Shown here: positions 26,362-30,119 of the stretch, in pieces
How the letters are laid out: every line of letters starts with the position of its first letter
How positions within the stretch are numbered: the stretch's first letter is position 1
Origin: a virus
Length of the DNA stretch: 30,119 nucleotides
Direction: 5' to 3' (one strand)
IMG/VR virus record: IMGVR_UViG_3300028024_000003
Position numbers and translations under genes: made by a program
The notes under the pieces: model-generated
Told to the model about the DNA's origin: nothing
Database searches by the model: none
Seen by the model: the letters and a program-made list of their open reading frames with translations, nothing else

Positions 26362-26747
26362 CCAACCTGAAAGGCTTGCTTGCGCGCGCCACTTCGCTGA
26401 CTCCGGAGCGTGCTCAGGCGCTCGTCGAAGAGGACATGAAGGCGAATGCACATCGCTACGCGCCAGCCTCGGCGGATTCGGAGGCGATGGATAGCGAAAC
26501 CGTGCTGGCGGAAGACCAGGACGGCCCGGATGTGCCTGAGCGACAGGTGACGGTCGCGGTCAAATCGGTTCTCGAGATTGAGGAGCAGCTTCGTAACAGC
26601 CACGTTGTCCACGTGACGGTCATGAAGGCGCCGACGGTGTCGGTGCCCAAAACGCCACGCAATCCGTTCATCCCCGGGCGTACGACGCCACGAGAACCAC
26701 AGCCTGAGTTCGATTACCCCGACGACGAACTCGACAGCACCCCTTGA
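26358..26747 (+). CDS. Acidic, Pro-rich, probably partly disordered protein (129 aa)
   Basis: ATGA overlap with the upstream gene; terminator downstream. Confidence 0.75.
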   Translation: MTNLKGLLARATSLTPERAQALVEEDMKANAHRYAPASADSEAMDSETVLAEDQDGPDVPERQVTVAVKSVLEIEEQLRNSHVVHVTVMKAPTVSVPKTPRNPFIPGRTTPREPQPEFDYPDDELDSTP

Positions 26748-26767
26748 CAGTCTGGCCGACTGCGCAC

Positions 26768-26798
26768 AAAGAGCCTCCCTTGCGGAGGCTTTTTTGTT
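26768..26798 (+). terminator. Intrinsic terminator
   Basis: AGCCTCC-CTTGC-GGAGGCT followed by TTTTTGTT. Confidence 0.85.
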
Positions 26799-26831
26799 CC
26801 GCATACGCCCTGCACTGCCGCAAGCTGGTCA

Positions 26832-26844
26832 GTCCTATACGGGA
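26832..26844 (+). promoter_or_regulatory. Class II promoter-like motif GTCCTATACGGGA
   Basis: Identical to 591-603. Confidence 0.6.
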
Positions 26845-26872
26845 TGTGTATATCAACCCCTGAGGACAAACC

Positions 26873-27880
26873 ATGAAAACCCTGACTGCAGACATCAATC
26901 TCGACGAAGAAGTGGCCCATCTGGCGGCGTATCTCAGCCTGAAGTGGACGCCGGTCAATAACCTGACGGCCATCATCTCGGACATTCGTGAAACGGCATT
27001 CGCCATCGGGAGAAGCTGGTTCACGAAACACGACCTGTGGGACGCCGCGAAGGAACTGCGCGACGGCCGCAAAGCGCTGTTGTCGGCCCAGCCGGAAATC
27101 GGTGACCGGATTGGCGCCGAATATTACGACGCTCTCTGCACGCTGCTCGACAGCATCATGAACTCGTCGACTGACCTGTACGACGCCGGTGTCGCGCTCG
27201 CGGGTTGCTGGGACTACAGCGCTCGCGTCAAGCAGTTGCATCTCGCACTGGTCGCCCAGCATCCGGAGCTCGAAGGTATCCGTCCGCATGGCTGGGATGC
27301 GTTGGCCGACAATTATCACGACTACGACGGGCAGGATGAGTACGACCCGGAGGAAGACATGGCAAGTTTCCACGCCACGTCGACCAACCGCTACCGTAGC
27401 TGGGAGTTCGTGGAAACGGTAGCGCTGCCCTACGTCCTCCATGACGAACGCAACCGGCGGCTGACCGCCTCGCAAACGCTGGTGGGCGCCGTACTCACCC
27501 ACTTCCTGCGAATCTCCGAGTTCCTGAACACGGAGAAGCTGATTCGAGACCTGAAAAACGCGCTTCCGAAGCTTGGCGAGCCGGCTATCCTGTGGTCCCG
27601 GGACGTCAAGACGGACAACCCGTTACTCAAGGCCGCCATCGAGCTTGCACCGCCGGTCAAGAGCGAGAAAAGCTACCTGGAGAGCCGCGCTGCTCAGGAG
27701 GCTTTCGAGGCGCTCTCGCCGGAAGAGAAGGCGCAGCGCAAAGCGAAGAATAGTGCCTCGATACTTAGCATGCTCGAACGCCTCAAAAAGGTCGACGAGC
27801 CTGACCCGGAGTTCGACCGCAAGCGTGAAGAGGAGAAGCGTTTGACGCTGGAGACGCTCAGGATGGCGTTTGCCTTATAG
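26873..27880 (+). CDS. Hypothetical protein (335 aa, helical)
   Basis: GAGGA RBS; has its own promoter motif and terminator. Confidence 0.88.
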   Translation: MKTLTADINLDEEVAHLAAYLSLKWTPVNNLTAIISDIRETAFAIGRSWFTKHDLWDAAKELRDGRKALLSAQPEIGDRIGAEYYDALCTLLDSIMNSSTDLYDAGVALAGCWDYSARVKQLHLALVAQHPELEGIRPHGWDALADNYHDYDGQDEYDPEEDMASFHATSTNRYRSWEFVETVALPYVLHDERNRRLTASQTLVGAVLTHFLRISEFLNTEKLIRDLKNALPKLGEPAILWSRDVKTDNPLLKAAIELAPPVKSEKSYLESRAAQEAFEALSPEEKAQRKAKNSASILSMLERLKKVDEPDPEFDRKREEEKRLTLETLRMAFAL

Positions 27881-27893
27881 ACCTACCCACTCG

Positions 27894-27921
27894 GACCCCG
27901 CTTTATTGCGGGGTCTTTTTT
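27894..27921 (+). terminator. Intrinsic terminator
   Basis: GACCCCGC-TTTATT-GCGGGGTC-TTTTTT. Confidence 0.88.
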
Positions 27922-28031
27922 GTGCACGCTGGTCCGGCGCTGCCTCGTCCGTTCGGCACAAGAGGCAACTTTCCGCCCCGTATACCCAGTCTCGGCCACC
28001 AGGCGGCAGAGTTGTGCCGCTTGTAAGCAGG

Positions 28032-29048
28032 CTATTGCGCCATGAAGCGTTTCTGCTTTCCGAAGAAGGTTTTGATGTAGCGGTCGATGGCCGGCTTGGC
28101 TGCGGCACCCGCCTCGCACCAGGCATGCAGCCTGAAAGGCAGGTCCGGGTCCTCACAGTCCGGATGCAGCCGGTTCAGCATCTCGTGACCGCGCGCAGAC
28201 ACCTGCACGGCATGCTTTCCGTCTACTTCGGTTCGAGCGAGGAGCCCTGCTTCGAGGAGGTTGTCCAGAATGCGCGAGCGCGACGCGGCGCTACCGAACT
28301 GCAGACCTGCTGCTCCCGCGCGTGCCGGGTAGCGGCCCGTGCCCGCCCACTTCTGCATCAGGTTGATGACCCAGCCATCAGTCATCGGCGGCCGGTTCCG
28401 CAGGCCATAAAGAAGCTGCAAGGCGTACTTCGAGAGCAATGGCGCCGGTTTTGACGGCAGATGTGGGCCATCCGACACGTCGGCGAGGCGCTGCGCGGCG
28501 CCGAGCACCGCGTAACTGTTCACGTTGAAATTCCAGTCGAAGTAGCGCTTCACCCGGCCGTACGCCGCGCTTGTTGCAAGCACCTCACCGAACGGCGCAA
28601 TGCCGGCGAAAGCTGCTTCGATGGATGCATCATCCAGCGCCGAAATCCGCAAGGATGGACACGTGCTGGCGCGGTCCGCGCCCAGCAGGTAATCAATCGC
28701 GACTTCGAAGCTGACGGCGCCCGTGTGGTCGGGGTCACACGCGCACACGATAAGGTCGGCACGACGAAGATGCGGCAACGCGTCGTCGGGCTGGAGACTC
28801 TGCATTGGCATGCCGTCAGGCATGAGGCGCATGGGAGCCGGAGCCAACCCCAAGGACGCGACGGCGTCTTGCGGTTCGGAAACGTGCGGGTAATCAGCCC
28901 ACTTAAGCGCGTGCGGGTATCGAAACCGAATGTTGAGGTAGGGGACGACGTGGATGACCGTGATGTCGTCGGTGGGCCAGTGTTTTCGCGCGAATGGCGC
29001 GATGGCGCGCGTAATCGAAGGCTTCTCAGCCATGATGCAGATTTTCAA
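28032..29048 (-). CDS. Type IA topoisomerase-derived TOPRIM protein lacking domains II/III
   Basis: IMAEKPS, IVCACDPDHTG, LRISALD..SI..AF, FDW.F.VN, PPMT, FGSAASRSRILDNL, VSARG. TTG start with GGAG RBS. Confidence 0.8.
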   Translation of the reverse strand: MKICIMAEKPSITRAIAPFARKHWPTDDITVIHVVPYLNIRFRYPHALKWADYPHVSEPQDAVASLGLAPAPMRLMPDGMPMQSLQPDDALPHLRRADLIVCACDPDHTGAVSFEVAIDYLLGADRASTCPSLRISALDDASIEAAFAGIAPFGEVLATSAAYGRVKRYFDWNFNVNSYAVLGAAQRLADVSDGPHLPSKPAPLLSKYALQLLYGLRNRPPMTDGWVINLMQKWAGTGRYPARAGAAGLQFGSAASRSRILDNLLEAGLLARTEVDGKHAVQVSARGHEMLNRLHPDCEDPDLPFRLHAWCEAGAAAKPAIDRYIKTFFGKQKRFMAQ

Positions 29049-29113
29049 GTCCGTGCTCCAGTGTATGGAAGGTTCGTTTTCTACTCGCGTGGCTTAGCCA
29101 CGAACTGGGAAAC

Positions 29114-29124
29114 AGTATATCATA
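29114..29124 (-). promoter_or_regulatory. Class I extended -10 promoter
   Basis: TTTCTATGATATACT upstream of the TOPRIM gene. Confidence 0.6.
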
Positions 29125-29159
29125 GAAACGAATTAACTAACACGAACTGGATTGCGAAG

Positions 29160-29471
29160 ATGACGCGCCCTTCCCTCGAGCAGTTGCTGCCTGGCTTGTT
29201 GACCTGGCTCAACCAGAATCTGCCGCTGGACCCGAAAAAGCCGGTGTCGGAGAGTGACATCGCCCACATGTCCCTGACGACCGACGAGCTCGCAGAGATA
29301 CCCACACCGATGGAGCATTGCGAGTGGCGCCGGGCGCGCTTCAAACGCTACCTTGGCATCGAGATTTGGGAATGTCGCTACGCGCTGCCGCCGATTATGG
29401 AAATCGCGAGCCTGCGCGGGCGTCTTGCCTGGAAGCTCACTTCGAGCACAGCAGCACTGTTCAAGCGCTAA
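29160..29471 (+). CDS. Hypothetical protein (103 aa, MTRPSLEQ...)
   Basis: Non-overlapping 3' part of ORF 28461..29471; weak RBS. Confidence 0.55.
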   Translation: MTRPSLEQLLPGLLTWLNQNLPLDPKKPVSESDIAHMSLTTDELAEIPTPMEHCEWRRARFKRYLGIEIWECRYALPPIMEIASLRGRLAWKLTSSTAALFKR

Positions 29472-29475
29472 TCAA

Positions 29476-29871
29476 CTAACGCGCGTCGCCGCGGCGGGTC
29501 CGACCTGCGGCGCGGGCGACCGCGCGGCGGAGCGTTTGCAGGGTGCGCGTCAATGGCGATGCTGGGCGTACCTGCCAGGTCACCCACTTACCTTTGCGCG
29601 GCGCCATGATGCGCTTGTCGTCATACAGGCGATAGAGGAACCGGGTGAAGAGATTGCAGGACTTGCATTCGCCGATGGCCTCCAGCACTACCAGCTGCGG
29701 ATTGTGTCGCACGAGAAGACCCTTGACGCGGTCTTCTGTAATGACCGCGCCACAGCCATAACAGTTGCACGACAGTTGAGTCCACCGAAAGCCGTTATCG
29801 AACTGAATCGGCATCTGCTCCGCGATGGTGGGTTTCTGTAGCAGCTCCATGTCCCGCGCCGTCAACGACAT
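29476..29871 (-). CDS. Putative zinc-ribbon protein (131 aa)
   Basis: CYGC ... CKSC pairs, AGGAGG RBS, promoter at 29895-29905. Confidence 0.78.
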   Translation of the reverse strand: MSLTARDMELLQKPTIAEQMPIQFDNGFRWTQLSCNCYGCGAVITEDRVKGLLVRHNPQLVVLEAIGECKSCNLFTRFLYRLYDDKRIMAPRKGKWVTWQVRPASPLTRTLQTLRRAVARAAGRTRRGDAR

Positions 29872-29894
29872 CCGAACCTCCTTAATGTGAAACA

Positions 29895-29905
29895 ATTATA
29901 CCTTA
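29895..29905 (-). promoter_or_regulatory. Class I -10 promoter
   Basis: TTTATAAGGTATAAT, 23 nt upstream of ATG 29871. Confidence 0.6.
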
Positions 29906-29951
29906 TAAAGGGTGTATTCGGATGTCGTATATCTTAAATCAGGCGGATACT

Positions 29952-30119
29952 TCAGATGAAGGTCGCTCGGCACCCTACTTCGCGCGCGAGATTAGACTTC
30001 TCCTTGAACCGCGGAAAGTAGTCGAAGAAGCTGGATTTATTGCCCGGATTGGCCGAGTGCGTGCGCTTGCCACGTATCTGCATGGCCCGGCGCAATGCCG
30101 CCACGCCTGACTCGCCCAG
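29952..30119 (-). CDS. 3' end of a gene entering from beyond the window
   Basis: Minus-strand frame open from 30119 (LGESGVAALRRAMQ...RATFI) to TGA at 29952-29954. Confidence 0.45.
   Translation of the reverse strand: MGESGVAALRRAMQIRGKRTHSANPGNKSSFFDYFPRFKEKSNLAREVGCRATFI

Noticed and set aside
28032-29048. Calling this gene topA/topB or a pseudogene
   Set aside because: Too short and lacking the catalytic-Tyr domain for a true topoisomerase, yet it has no frameshift or stop and has intact expression signals.
28461-29159. N-terminal 233 aa of ORF 28461..29471
   Set aside because: Overlaps the TOPRIM gene antisense and crosses its promoter. Only the part from ATG 29160 is plausible.
1-30119. 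Prophage, tRNA or IS calls
   Set aside because: No structural, terminase, integrase or transposase motifs, and no tRNA T-loop/cloverleaf pattern noticed by eye.

Overview
A 30.1 kb, GC-rich, gene-dense stretch with about 50 credible CDSs. I saw no rRNA, tRNA, CRISPR array, transposase, integrase or virion genes. The content mixes copies of housekeeping-type genes (clpP, HU, RNase II/R-family nuclease, lytic transglycosylase, TorF-type outer-membrane protein, PAS kinase/NarL-type two-component pair, HDOD-GAF protein, Ig-repeat/fibrinogen-like adhesin) with long runs of short, translationally coupled hypothetical genes. This best fits the accessory region of a large proteobacterial megaplasmid or phage-like element; that assignment is inference, since no replication or transfer genes are visible. 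Highlights: (1) a divergent nucleic-acid repair or salvage-like locus, with Rnl2-type RNA ligase - PfkB nucleoside kinase - BtpA/SgcQ TIM barrel on the minus strand, back-to-back with AlkB - DUF6884-like - GNAT-like - acidic partner on the plus strand; (2) a 338-aa type IA topoisomerase derivative that keeps TOPRIM and domain IV but appears to have cleanly lost domains II/III, including the catalytic tyrosine; (3) a regular regulatory grammar of two promoter classes (T-rich extended -10 TRTGRTATAMT, about 10 copies; (C/G)CTATAC, about 8 copies, including an identical 13-mer 26 kb apart), often placed directly after intrinsic terminators, plus an intergenic TTCGCAA heptamer. All family calls come from motif recognition by eye, without database searches.
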